The notes: a model not told the origin generated them from the sequence alone. A DNA stretch of 64,000 nucleotides from Eledone cirrhosa (GCA_964016885.1 OZ024743.1:76880001-76944000); one strand, 5' to 3'; positions 44,164 to 61,669 are shown, numbered from the stretch's first letter. Program-made: numbers and translations.

Positions 44164-44301
44164 TCAATTTGAATAAATAATGTCAGTGTTTACCGTAAGT
44201 CACACAACGAATGTCAGTGAGAAAGGCAAGAAGGCCATACAACCACATTACACTCAACTGTCATTTTTGTATATACTACCTGACAACTGGCGGCCGTCAT
44301 T

Positions 44302-44303
<2 letters not shown>

Positions 44304-44371
<68 letters not shown>

Positions 44372-44718
44372 GGTAGGTATGTATATATGTGTGTGTATGT
44401 ATATATGCATGTATATATGTATATATGCATGTATACACGCATGTATGTACGTATGCATATATGCATCTATATATGTATGTATATACATGTAAGTACATAT
44501 GTATGTATATGTATGTATATATGTATGCCGTAGAAATATGGTGTATGCCTTTCAGTAATTTTCATTCTTTTACGTTTCTTGATGCGTGCATACATATATA
44601 CATAAATATATATACATATATACTTATAAACATACATATATACATACATACATATATACAGATATACATATATACATACATATATACATACATACATACA
44701 TAAATACATACATACATA
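44304..44718. repeat. Compound microsatellite: (TA)n, then (TATG)-like, then (CATA)-like
   Basis: Seen directly; a short unique spacer lies at about 44530-44590. Confidence 0.95.
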
Positions 44719-44984
44719 TGTAGCGACTAGCGCCACCTTGCCCGGGTAGAAAAAACTAATTGGAGTTACTTGCCGTTGAATTCTAGAAGATTTCTTGAAC
44801 TTCCGGACTAGGGATTATAAAGGAGGTAGAAAAGAGACATCTTAGCTTATTTGGCGACCGGCTCTCGGACAGTTTACTCACGAGCGAGTTTGTTAACTTT
44901 ATTATATCTGTATCGAATTTAATTAGTGGTTGGCCTGCAGTGGCGTTTACCAAAGTAAATAACCCTGTGACCAATTATACTAAA
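44719..44984 (+). repeat. 5' LTR
   Basis: Aligns by eye to 46271-46515 with roughly 14 substitutions, two main indels (7 and about 13 bp) and a 1-bp indel. Candidate TATA box TATAAA at 44816-44821. Confidence 0.93.
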
Positions 44985-44985
44985 G

Positions 44986-45002
44986 TGGTGACCCGACGTG
45001 AT
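44986..45002 (+). promoter_or_regulatory. Primer-binding site complementary to the tRNA-Trp 3' end
   Basis: TGGTGACCCGACGTGAT lies 1 nt after the LTR and matches the canonical Trp PBS TGGTGACCCCGACGTGAT except for one missing C. Confidence 0.85.
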
Positions 45003-45004
45003 TA

Positions 45005-45690
45005 TTTCACGAAATAAGGAAGCTTCAAATTGGTGTCCACGATCCGTAGTTATTTTAGTAGGAACACCAAAGCGAGCAATCCAATTGGAAATGAAAGCTC
45101 GGGCAACGAACTCTGCTGTTATGTCCACTAAGGGTATTTCTTCAGGCCACCGAGAGAAACGATCGATATAAGTCAATATGTATGTGAACCCACGACTAAC
45201 GGGCCATGGACCAACAATATCCATGTGAATATGACGGAAACGTGCGTCAGGCGGGCTGAATTTCCCAAGAGGAGCGCGGACATGCCGATAAATCTTAGAG
45301 CGCTGACATTTCAAACAAGACCGTGCCCAACCGATGATTAAACGACGCATATTAGGCCAGAAAAATCGAGCCGTAATAAGCTTCACCGTGACAGCTATGT
45401 CGGGATGCGACAAGGAATGAAGTGCATCAAAAACCGGACGTTGTTGGCAATCTGGAACAAGTGATCTGGGTGAGCCAGTAGAAATATCGCAGAGAATTTT
45501 TCCTTCAGAAGATGGAAGAGGTAAATATTCCAATTTGCAGCAGGAGAACTGGTCAGAGGAAATGTCCAGCGAATCCAAAGTAGGTTGGTCAGTTGCTATG
45601 GCAACTAAATAGATATGTGCAGGAGACGCAAGAGAACACACAGAAAGTCGAGATAATGCGTCCGCGGGTATGTTGGCAGCTCCAGCTATG
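45005..45690 (-). pseudogene. Gypsy pol fragment (RNase H end, integrase zinc finger and first part of the catalytic core), inverted relative to the LTRs
   Basis: ORF 44919..45719(-) shows [10 protein letters not shown] (RNase H end), H-x3-H...C-x2-C (LHSLSH...SCLKCQ), [17 protein letters not shown] and [15 protein letters not shown]. It stops before the catalytic E. Confidence 0.92.
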
Positions 45691-45691
45691 T

Positions 45692-45946
45692 TTTCGTGTG
45701 CTTTCGCACACACCAACACACTTTACAGTGGCTGTCAATGGTCGAAAAGAGGTAATATCCGTTGACAGAGCAAAGAAAGCTTTCTCTGAAAGTCTCTCAT
45801 CATTGCCTGACATACCTCGTACATACACTCCCACACAAACACCTTCACCTCCACCGCAAACACCACATACCACACAACTATATGTCACACGAAGTGGCAG
45901 GACAGTAATATGGCCACGGAAACTCTCAAAAACAATATTCGTCTAA
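45692..45946 (+). pseudogene. Gypsy integrase C-terminal (GPY/F-region) fragment in sense orientation
   Basis: [31 protein letters not shown] followed by a Pro/Thr-rich linker and TRSGRTV, typical of Gypsy integrase tails. Confidence 0.8.
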
Positions 45947-46154
45947 CCCCTAGTGGCATTAACTATTTGACTTTGAAAAATGTTGAACTTATTTTGAGCA
46001 CTATTTTCCTTGCTCCCTTGTACTGTTTTGAATTGTATTGTTCCAGTTACATTTTTCTGCATGTTTATTTCATACTTTGCTTCTGTTACAAACCATTGTA
46101 AATTATGTACCTTTTGTTTTGCTTGCTCCTTATTCTACGGCTCCTCGCTACAAT

Positions 46155-46246
46155 GACCTTTCATCCTTACGGGGTCGATAAAATAAAGTACCAGTAATGC
46201 ACTGGGTAATTGCTGGCCTTGTGCCTAAAGTAGAAACAGTTATTAT
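46155..46246 (+). mobile_element. 5'-truncated SINE nested in the 3' UTR of the LTR element
   Basis: CCTTTCATCCTTACGGGGTCGATAAAATAAAGTACCAGTAATGCACTGGG...GTAGAAACAGTTATTAT is nearly identical to the 3' half of the copy at 62001-62190. Confidence 0.9.
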
Positions 46247-46270
46247 CGACTATCGTCTGGAGGGGAGCCT

Positions 46271-46515
46271 TGTAGCGCCACCTTGCCCGGAGAGGAAAAA
46301 CTAATTGGAGTTACTTCCCGTTGAATTCTAGAAGATTCCTTGAACTTCCGGTCTAGGAATTATAAAGGAGGGAGAAAAGAGACATCTTAGCTTATTTTGC
46401 GACCGGCTCTCGGACAGTTCACTCACGTGCGAGTTTGTTAACCTTATTATATCTGTATCGAATTTAATTAGTGATTGGCCTGCAGTGGCGTTTACCCTGT
46501 GACCAATTCACTAAA
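46271..46515 (+). repeat. 3' LTR, preceded by a polypurine tract at 46259-46267
   Basis: Direct repeat of 44719-44984. Confidence 0.93.
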
Positions 46516-46527
46516 CATACATACATG

Positions 46528-46856
46528 TACTCGTTATCGTGTATGGCCATTGCACGATATACCATTATTAATTAATTCCATAGTGCAATGCCTTAGCGTG
46601 AAGATCTTTTTAAAGTGTGGAACCCTGTGCACTGAGCCAATCCCACTCTCTGAGACACAGTAGCTATAACCCGCAAGGAAGAAAAGATTAACATAATCGG
46701 TAACTACTGACCCGCAGGTTTTATATCGGAGTTATCCCAGTTTCCTGAGTTGCCTTCTCCTAGAAGAATGCCCTGAGAAAGGCTAGGGGTCCTTCACTCC
46801 CAGTGGTTTAACCGCGCGATCCGGTGTCCAGCCCGACTATTTCTATGTCCCCGCGC
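46528..46856 (-). other. Non-coding element with stem-loop potential, possibly a retrotransposon (RTE-like) UTR remnant
   Basis: Minus-strand CTAGGAGAAGGCAACTC...ATAAAACC resembles a motif I recall from RTE-type UTRs (not verified). Inverted repeat CATTGCAC/GTGCAATG at about 46549-46590. Confidence 0.35.
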
Positions 46857-50643
<3,787 letters not shown>

Positions 50644-50645
<2 letters not shown>

Positions 50646-50726
50646 CTCTTTACTCTTTTACTCTTTTACCTGTTTCAGCCATCCGGCTGAGGCCATGCTG
50701 GGGCACCGCCCTTGCTGCTACACACT
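50644..50726 (-). promoter_or_regulatory. LINE 3' UTR with stem-loop and tandem-repeat tail
   Basis: Hairpin TCAGCC-N4-GGCTGA at 50675-50690 and about three copies of an 8-bp ACTCTTTT unit (plus strand) at 50644-50669. Confidence 0.75.
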
Positions 50727-53700
50727 TTATCTCCAGCCTGTATAGGTTGGCCACTGGTGTAGGAGGGAGTTTGTTGCTGCTGCCCTTAGGTTTCCCTCGT
50801 GTCTTGCTGTGGGCTCATCCGGGATCCTGGATAACAAGGTGTCGAGATGTTTCTTAAAGACATCCACCTCCACGTCATGCAAGTCTCGCAGATGCCTCGG
50901 CAGCCTGTTGAAGAGTTGAGGGCCCTTGAATCCCAGGCTATTGCAATACCTGCTCCTTATTCTAGATGTGGAAGACGGGACCTTTGGCACCACACAGTGA
51001 CGTCCTGTTCGACGGTTGGTCCAGCTCCCAATGCCAAAGTTTGGTGCTAGTCCCTCCAGGATTTTCCACATGTAGATCACTGCGTATCTCTCCCGTCTTC
51101 GCTCCAAGGAGTAGAGGTTCAGTTCCTTCAGCCTCTCCCAGTAGCTTGTCTCCCTCATCTTGGCAATCCTCTTGGTGTAGCTTCGCTGGATTGCCTCAAG
51201 CTCTGTGGTTAGTTTGACACTATGGGGTGACCACAGCTGGGAGCAGTAGTCCAGGCGGCTTAGGACAAAAGTCCTCCACAGTGTCAACATGGTGTCTCGA
51301 TCTCTTGTAAGGAAAGTCCTCAAGATCCAGCCAGCGAATCGTCTACATGCTGTCGCCACCTTCATGATGTGTGAAGAAAAAGATGCATCATCGCTCATGT
51401 CTATGCCCAGGTCTCGTATCGATTTTGACACGGGGATATCGGTCCCTCCTGGTCCTGTGTAGCTGTGTTCCGCTATATTTGTGTTTGTGTTTGCAGGTTT
51501 GTATTGTAGGGCTTGGAATTTGCCAGCATTAAACTGCATGTTGTTTTCTTCCGCCCATCTGTATATGGCATCCAGATCCTGCTGTAAGAGGGCAGTGTCA
51601 GCCGGGTTTTTGATTGCCTGTGCTACCTTAGTGTCATCAGCATAGCTAGTGAGGGATGTTGTTGCATGCACCACAGAGGGCATGTCCGAGAGAGCCACCA
51701 AAAACAGTAGTGGTCCCAGGACTGTCCCCTGAGGCACCCCACTTGTTATCGGTGTTTCCCTCGAGAGAGCCCCATTTGCTGCGACTGCCTGGCTTCTGTC
51801 CCTCAGGAAGCCATGCAGCCACTCACCTACTTTTCCAGTTATGCCGAGTCCGTGTAGTTTGTGACATATCATTCCGTGGTCGACCTTGTCAAAGGCCTTC
51901 GCAAAGTCAAGATATATCACGTCTACATGTGAGCTGTCTAGTAGCTGTCTCAGTACCCAGTCGTAGTGATGTAGCAGCTGTGTAATGCAGCTTCTTCCTG
52001 GGCGGAAGCCATGTTGCGTGCTAGTCAGGCGGTCATTTTCTTCGAGGAAAGTGATTAGTTTCTTTCTGACGACTCGCTCCATGACCTTACTGATATGCGA
52101 CGTCAGGGAGACTGGCCTATAGTTCTTGGCCTCCGCTCTACTACCTCCTTTATGGATAGGGCATATTGTGCCTTCTTTCAGCTCCCTGGGTAGTACACCG
52201 CTAGCCAAGGAGCTTCTGAAGAGCATCTTCAGTGGAGTTGCTAAGGCCCGCTTACATATTTTTAGGAGAACTGCTGGGAATCCATCAGGTCCAGCAGCCG
52301 AGTCTGTTCTAATTTCATCAATGGCGTACACCACATCCTCCTCCGTTATGTCTATGTGGTTGATGGTTGCCATTTCTTGATGTAGTGTTGTGGCATCAAA
52401 GAACTCCTCTGGCTTCGTTATTTGCATGTGCCTCAGTGGACATGTGAAGACACTTTTGTACTGTTCATTCAGTATTTCACATATCTCTTGGTGATTTTCG
52501 GTTAATGAACCGTCCGTGTGGAAGAGTGGTCCAATCTTGCAGTGTACTGAGGCAGTTTCTTTTGCAAATTTAAAGAAGGCCTTAGGGTTTGTTTTAATGT
52601 TTTCTATGGCCCTGTTCTCTTTCCTTGCCCTCTCATTCTCATGTGAAAGCTTGAGTGCAATCTCGGTGTCAAGTAGTGCACGTTTCAAATAGGATTCCTT
52701 CTTGTTTTGGTTTTGTTGACTATTCAACTGGTTTGAGAGTTTAGTTCTACGTCTCATAAGGATTTTCCTATCTCTGGGAATAAGATTTTTGTGTCTGTTT
52801 GCCTCTTTCTCTGGGACACACTTTTTGCATATGGTGTGTATCGTTGTCATGAAGTGTTGAAATTGTGTGTTAGTGTCTTGTGTGGCGATGTTTGCACTCC
52901 ATGTTTGCTTCCGGATTTCACTCTTAATCTTCTTCCAGTCAGCCCCGTAGAAGTTAAGGCTGGATAGCGTCCCGGAGCTTCTTGGTGGTTTTGTCTCTGT
53001 TGGTTCTCTTGGACCACATATCATTAGCTCTACCAAGTTATGATCCGAGAGAATTGTTGGTGTCACCTTTACATTGTGGATGAGCACTTCGTTGTTTGTA
53101 AAACAGAGGTCCAGGACATTTTCGCCTCTTGTTGGGAGGAGTATTGCTTGCTCCATGAACAGCCTGTGTGCGAGGGCCAGCAGGGATTCCGTCTGTCTCT
53201 GTTCTATTGACGTCATTCCAGGGAGGAGGTGGCCCTCAGGCCATTTGACCTTTGGTAGGTTGAAGTCTCCCAGCAGTAGGATGTTGAGACCCTGGTCCAG
53301 TTTGTCAAGGACCTCTTCTATCCTACTTAGGCTATCCTCAAATTTACCCTCATGACTGGGGGCATCGGGCGGCCGATATGTGACACATATTACCGTCTGT
53401 AGTTGCTTCATATGTATTATCAGTGTGTCACAGACTGAGTTTGAATGTGTCAACAGAACAATTGGTGTGACATCTTCACGGATATACAGAGCAACCCCAC
53501 CATGAGTTCTCTCCTTCCTGTCCGAACGAAATACAGTATATTTCGGTATATGTATTTCTGCATCTGCTATACTGCTTGTCAGGTGCGTTTCGGTTAGTGC
53601 CATGCATAGTGCTTGATTGCTTATGGCTAAGTCTCCCAGGTAGGAAATTTTACTCATGTTGCTGAGTTTCACCAGGCCCCTGACATTCAGCAGCAGCACT

Positions 53701-53768
53701 GGTGTGACTTTTGGGGTGCCAGTAATGGCTGTCGGTATGACACCTGGTCTGGTGTCAGCGGCGGCCAC
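50727..53768 (-). CDS. LINE ORF2: apurinic-like endonuclease plus reverse transcriptase (1013 aa, uninterrupted; true start uncertain)
   Basis: APE motifs LLNVRGL, LTETHL, GGVALYI, YRPP, GDFNLP, LDLCF, SDHNLV. RT motifs [43 protein letters not shown]. The annotated start is GTG, and the frame stays open upstream to 53957. Confidence 0.96.
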   Translation of the reverse strand: MAAADTRPGVIPTAITGTPKVTPVLLLNVRGLVKLSNMSKISYLGDLAISNQALCMALTETHLTSSIADAEIHIPKYTVFRSDRKERTHGGVALYIREDVTPIVLLTHSNSVCDTLIIHMKQLQTVICVTYRPPDAPSHEGKFEDSLSRIEEVLDKLDQGLNILLLGDFNLPKVKWPEGHLLPGMTSIEQRQTESLLALAHRLFMEQAILLPTRGENVLDLCFTNNEVLIHNVKVTPTILSDHNLVELMICGPREPTETKPPRSSGTLSSLNFYGADWKKIKSEIRKQTWSANIATQDTNTQFQHFMTTIHTICKKCVPEKEANRHKNLIPRDRKILMRRRTKLSNQLNSQQNQNKKESYLKRALLDTEIALKLSHENERARKENRAIENIKTNPKAFFKFAKETASVHCKIGPLFHTDGSLTENHQEICEILNEQYKSVFTCPLRHMQITKPEEFFDATTLHQEMATINHIDITEEDVVYAIDEIRTDSAAGPDGFPAVLLKICKRALATPLKMLFRSSLASGVLPRELKEGTICPIHKGGSRAEAKNYRPVSLTSHISKVMERVVRKKLITFLEENDRLTSTQHGFRPGRSCITQLLHHYDWVLRQLLDSSHVDVIYLDFAKAFDKVDHGMICHKLHGLGITGKVGEWLHGFLRDRSQAVAANGALSRETPITSGVPQGTVLGPLLFLVALSDMPSVVHATTSLTSYADDTKVAQAIKNPADTALLQQDLDAIYRWAEENNMQFNAGKFQALQYKPANTNTNIAEHSYTGPGGTDIPVSKSIRDLGIDMSDDASFSSHIMKVATACRRFAGWILRTFLTRDRDTMLTLWRTFVLSRLDYCSQLWSPHSVKLTTELEAIQRSYTKRIAKMRETSYWERLKELNLYSLERRRERYAVIYMWKILEGLAPNFGIGSWTNRRTGRHCVVPKVPSSTSRIRSRYCNSLGFKGPQLFNRLPRHLRDLHDVEVDVFKKHLDTLLSRIPDEPTARHEGNLRAAATNSLLHQWPTYTGWR

Positions 53769-54350
53769 TCTGGGTCCCTTAACTGCGGTGGTCTCGAGTG
53801 CTGGTGTGGATGACCCTGGCTCTGGAGACGATGCAGCCAGGTCAGCTGTCCCACAATCTTCTCGGCCATCACTAAAAAATTTTTCTGATCTGCTGCTGCC
53901 ATCTGTATCTCGTCGGCATGTGCGTGCCTTCTCCTTGTTGGTGCAGCACGCGCGACATCAGCATACTTCTGGAGCGGCTTATTTCGGCTTTGGCTGGGGC
54001 ATGTTGCGCGAGTATGATGGGCATAGTTGGTTTGAGACCTAGGGTGGGCGAATCTGCATCCCATCCCTGTCTCTCCATACCAGCATGTCCCGTTCTTGAA
54101 AAACTTGCACATTACTTGGTGTTTTTTGCTCCCAGTGTCTCGGTGCTTTCTGTTCTTTCTTTGAACAGTTGTCCACTGGTCCCTCTGCGCTTGGTTCTCC
54201 TTCGGAAGGTGATTTCGCTTTTCACCTTTGCCCTTAGCTTGTTGGTTGCCCGGCCTGCCCTCCCTGCCTGTAGCGGAGGGTATATCATTTTCTTTCAGGT
54301 CCGTGCTTGTGCTCTCCTCCTTTTCTTTTTCCCTTTCCTTTTCCTCTTCC

Positions 54351-54352
<2 letters not shown>
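53687..54352 (-). CDS. LINE ORF1 (probably the C-terminal part, 221 aa) with a CCCH zinc finger
   Basis: Non-repetitive part of ORF 53687..55228. [22 protein letters not shown] is C-x7-C-x8-C-x3-H. Basic region and KYADV motif present. It overlaps the start of ORF2. Confidence 0.8.
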
Positions 54353-57833
<3,481 letters not shown>

Positions 57834-57836
<3 letters not shown>

Positions 57837-57990
57837 AAGATTTGTAATGCCTCCCCCCTATTGGGGATTTCGATTGTTATATTTTCATGTTAAATTTTTT
57901 TTTAAACCACTGCATGTAAAATCCCCGCCATATGTCTTTGCATTGTCCCCTTTTCTTGTGCGCCCTTGTGGCAAATAAAGAAATCTATCT
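57834..57990 (+). other. Possible 3' end of another retroelement or transcript
   Basis: T-rich stretch ending in CCCTTGTGGCAAATAAAGAAAT with an AATAAA signal; no coding remnant supports it. Confidence 0.25.
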
Positions 57991-58198
57991 GTCCATAGTC
58001 TATGATTGTGTGGTTAAGAAATCTACTAAACGTAATGAAGCACCTTGAAGTCGTGTCTTTTAGTAGAACATCATGTCAACCAAGGCAGAGTTGGTGAAAT
58101 TATGTCGAAATTTCGTCCCAGTTTATTATTTCTAACAGAGCCACTCATTTTAGATAACAATGCTCTAGTCGATTTTATTGACCACAGTACTTGACTGA

Positions 58199-58580
58199 TA
58201 CTCTCGGGTCTCCAATAATCTCCCACCCCCACCCCCGCTTATTAATTTTTCAGATTTTTTTCCACATACCACGCTCTTATTCCACCCCATCCCACCACCG
58301 TGGTTATTGAATTTTACTAATCTATCTCTGGCAAAATTTTATTTTAAGTAGTAGCATTCCTGCGACAATTAATTTTCTTTAGATATTAAGAAACATTATA
58401 CATGACAAAAAAGTACATTATTAGAAATCCCATGTTATAAAATAAATAAGATGTGTTGGGGTCTCAATATGTAAACTAAACGACTAATTCTGGGTGGGGT
58501 GGGGGAGGGTTAAATCAACGTAGACAACCTAGAAAAATTACCGATTTTCCAAATCCCCGCGCCCCTATTATTTGGGACCG
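58199..58580. mobile_element. Degenerate MITE-like DNA element
   Basis: Left end TACTCTCGGGTCTCCAATAAT and right end ATTATTTGGGACCG are imperfect inverted repeats; internal C-tract and G-tract repeats. Confidence 0.4.
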
Positions 58581-58710
58581 GGGGGGGGGGGGCTTATCAA
58601 CGTAGAAATATGCAAACCAAAAATAACCTAGACACAGAAAGTTAACGTAATAAACTTAATCCGCCATTTAGTTTAACACTGCTGCTTGAACCGAGGGTGT
58701 CTTTCAAGTA

Positions 58711-59216
58711 ATAGGGTCGCCTGAAAGGTTCATAGGCTGTCTATGAAGGATTGATGCTAGAGCTATGAAATCTTCCATGCATTAATTTCAACTCTTCTTA
58801 TTAATAACTGCATTGTTTTTGTTTTTCAGGGACTATGTTAAAAAATAAACCTCATTTGGTCATTTCATGAGAGTATCTTGGTCATCGGCTGACTATGAAA
58901 GATTAATGCTAGAGCTGTGAAATCTTGCATACATTTATTTCAGCTCTTTACTTATAACTACATTGTTTCTTTCCAGGGATTACGTTGAAAAATAAACCTC
59001 ATATTGACATTCCATGAAAGTATCTTGATCAGCCTATGAAGGAGTGATGCTAGAGCTGTGAAATCTTGAATACGTTAATTTTAACTCTTCTTATTAATAA
59101 CTACATTGTTTCTTTCCAGGGACTATGTTGAAAAATAAACCTCATTTGGTCGTTCCATGAGAGTATCTTGGTCAGCCTATGAACTTTTCAACCTATGAAG
59201 TTTCAGACGACCCTCG
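58711..59216. mobile_element. Tc1/mariner-type MITE with three internal tandem units of about 141-152 bp
   Basis: TIRs AGGGTCGCCTGAAAGGTTCATAGG and CCTATGAAGTTTCAGACGACCCTCG, with TA on both sides (58709-58710, 59217-59218). Units start at 58741, 58893 and 59034. Confidence 0.85.
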
Positions 59217-59469
59217 TAGACTCAACTCTATTGGAAACCTGTGGAGCGAGTTTCCGGTCTTAAGATAACTCTTTACTCTTTTCCCATCGGAGTCATTAGA
59301 GTTGTCTTTCCTTCCTCCTCTAACCTTTGATAAAATTAAATAAAATCTGTGATTACACATTTGGGGTTCGTTCGGTGCTCTTTCGATTATGTTGCATTCA
59401 CTGGCGCCAGCACTGATTTCATTTATTTTTAACATAGAAACATGACTCCAATTTATGTGGGTATGTATG

Positions 59470-59610
59470 ACCTCATTGACCTCAGTATTTGGCAGTTTGT
59501 CGACCACGAATTAACAAAAAGGTAAAGTTGGCCTCGGTGGTATTTGAACTGAGAGCGTCATTCAATGTGGTTAGACATTTTATCCCTCATTCTATCGATT
59601 CTGCCATTTA
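59470..59610 (-). mobile_element. Old degenerate SINE
   Basis: AAAGGTAAAGTTGGCCTCGGTGGTATTTGAACT and TCGATTCTGCCA match the reverse complement of the SINE B-box and A-box regions. Confidence 0.65.
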
Positions 59611-59634
59611 TTGGCATCAACAGTGACAAATATT

Positions 59635-59850
59635 GGTTTCTTATATAGGCACAAGGCCAGCAATTTTGGGGGAGGGGACAGTCGATTAAATCGAATCCAG
59701 TGCGTGACTGGTACTTTATTTTATCGACTCCGTAAGGATGAAAGGTAAAGTTAACCTCGGCGGGATTTGAACTCAGATCATAAAGGGTCGTAACTCTATG
59801 CTGGAAAGCATGGCGTCCGACCCTCTCCCGATACTGCCAATCCACCGCCC
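59635..59850 (-). mobile_element. Full-length tRNA-derived SINE with 18-bp target-site duplication
   Basis: A and B boxes, core and tail present. TCAACAGTGACAAATATT at 59617-59634 and 59851-59868. Confidence 0.93.
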
Positions 59851-59899
59851 TCAACAGTGACAAATATTAAAATAGAGTCACATCCTACTGATAAGAACT

Positions 59900-60113
59900 G
59901 ATTTGGCAGTATCGGTAGAGCGTCGGACACTCTGCTTTGCCGTATATAGTTACGGCCCTTTATGATCTGAATTCAAATCCTGCCGAGGTTAGCTTTGCCT
60001 TTCATCCTTACAGGGTCGATAAAATAAAGTACCAGTAACGCACTGGGGTTGATTTAATCGATTTTCCCCTCCCCAAAATTGTTGGCCTTGTACCTAAATC
60101 AGAAACAATATTA
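59900..60113 (+). mobile_element. Near full-length tRNA-derived SINE
   Basis: TGGCAGTATCGG, AATTCAAATCC, core, and GAAACAATATTAT tail. Confidence 0.92.
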
Positions 60114-60773
60114 TCGACTGAGAAACGAAACTGTCGTTCTAAGTTTCCTTATCATATCATACATCACGAATGAGATATTATCCATAGACAAGCTGGAGTT
60201 TTCCAAAGAATATGGTAATGGCTGTGGAGAACATATGATGCGAGGTAAATTAATTAGTAAATTGCGTGTTTAAATTAATGAGCAAACTTAACAAAACTAA
60301 TTTTATTTCAACTAAACACAATGAAAAACTAAACAAGTAAAATTTAAATCAATTTGTTGACATCATTGCCATCAACTCGCCTCAATAATTATTTCCAAAT
60401 ATTGACTAGTTGGATTATGGCATTTAAAAAACTCTATGCAGATCCAATCTCTACACACTATCTTCGAAATGGAGAGAGACATTCATTTAGTGGCACCAGT
60501 TTTAGGAGACCCCGGCTGTGGGTCATTAAAAACCAAGCTGAAAGCGGAGAAAGGGATTCTATGCTATGCCAAGTATTCTATACAACTGTTATAGTTTGCT
60601 GACCGTAAGTAATGTTCCCAAACTTAATTTTTTCACTTGCCATCAACCACCTCTTCATTGGCCAGCCATTCCATTACGTTCTTTGTCTCAAATAAACGAG
60701 CTTATAATTTTTTTAGAAAACGGTCGACTAATTCTTGATAATCAAGAAAAGCAATATGAGGACGGACATTTTG

Positions 60774-61300
60774 AGAGGGTGAGAGAGAAGGATAAGAGGG
60801 ATGGTGAGAGAGAAGGAGAGGGTGAGAGAGAAGAAGGGGAGAGGGGGAGAGAGAAGGAGAAGGTGAGAGAGGGAGAGGGAGAGAGAAGGGGGTGAGAGAA
60901 GGGACGGAGAGGGAGGTGGAGAGAGAGGCGGAGAGATAGAAAATAGGGAGAGTGGGAGAGGGGAAACAGAGAAGGAGAAGGGGAGAGGGTGAAAGATAGG
61001 AGTGGAAGAGAGAGAGAGAGAGGAGGAGGAGGAGGAGGAGGAGGAGGAGGAGGAGAGGGGGATAGGGGGAGAGGGAATGAGTGGAAGATATATATATAGA
61101 GAGAGAGAGAGAGAGAAGGAGAAGGGGAGAAGGTGAGAGGGGGGAGTGGAAGAGAGAGAGAGAGAGAGAGAGGAGAAGGGGAGAAGGTGAGAGGGAGGGA
61201 GTGGAAGAGAGAGAGGGAGGGGTTGAGAGAAGGGACGGAGAGGGAGGTGGGGAGGGAGAGATAGGGAGAGGGGGAGTGTAAGAGGAGGGAGAGAAGGGGC
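60774..61300. repeat. Polypurine (GA/GGA-rich) low-complexity tract
   Basis: Almost exclusively G and A on the plus strand, including (GAG)n and (GA)n runs and internal duplications. Confidence 0.95.
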
Positions 61301-61350
61301 GATGGTAATTCGGGCGTTCATCGTTTCAAATGTAATGTGTTCCTATATCC

Positions 61351-61669
61351 ATGTGTGTATGTGTGTGTGTGTCTGTATCTGTGTGTGTGTCTCTGTGTGT
61401 CTGTGTATGTATGTGTGTAGGTGTGTAACTGTGTGTGTGTGTATGTGTGTGTATATCTGTGTGTGTATGTATGTGCGTACGTGTGTAACTGTGTGTGTAT
61501 GTATGTGTGTACGTGTGTAACTGTGTGTGTATGCATGTGTGTGCATGTGTAACTGTGTGTGTTTATCTGTGTGTGTATATCTGTGTACGTGTCTGTGTGT
61601 GTGTCTGTGTGTATGTGTGTACGTGTGTAACTGTGTGTGTGTGTGTATGTATATCTGTGTGTGTGTATC

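Larger units (their letters stand above)
44719..46515 (+). mobile_element. Ty3/Gypsy LTR retrotransposon, non-autonomous and internally rearranged (about 1.8 kb)
   Basis: Two similar LTRs (44719-44984 and 46271-46515), both starting TGTAGCG and ending ACTAAA. PBS follows the 5' LTR; polypurine tract GGAGGGGAG precedes the 3' LTR. CATA flanks both ends (44715-44718, 46516-46519). Integrase fragments inside; RNase H precedes integrase, the Gypsy order. Confidence 0.93.
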
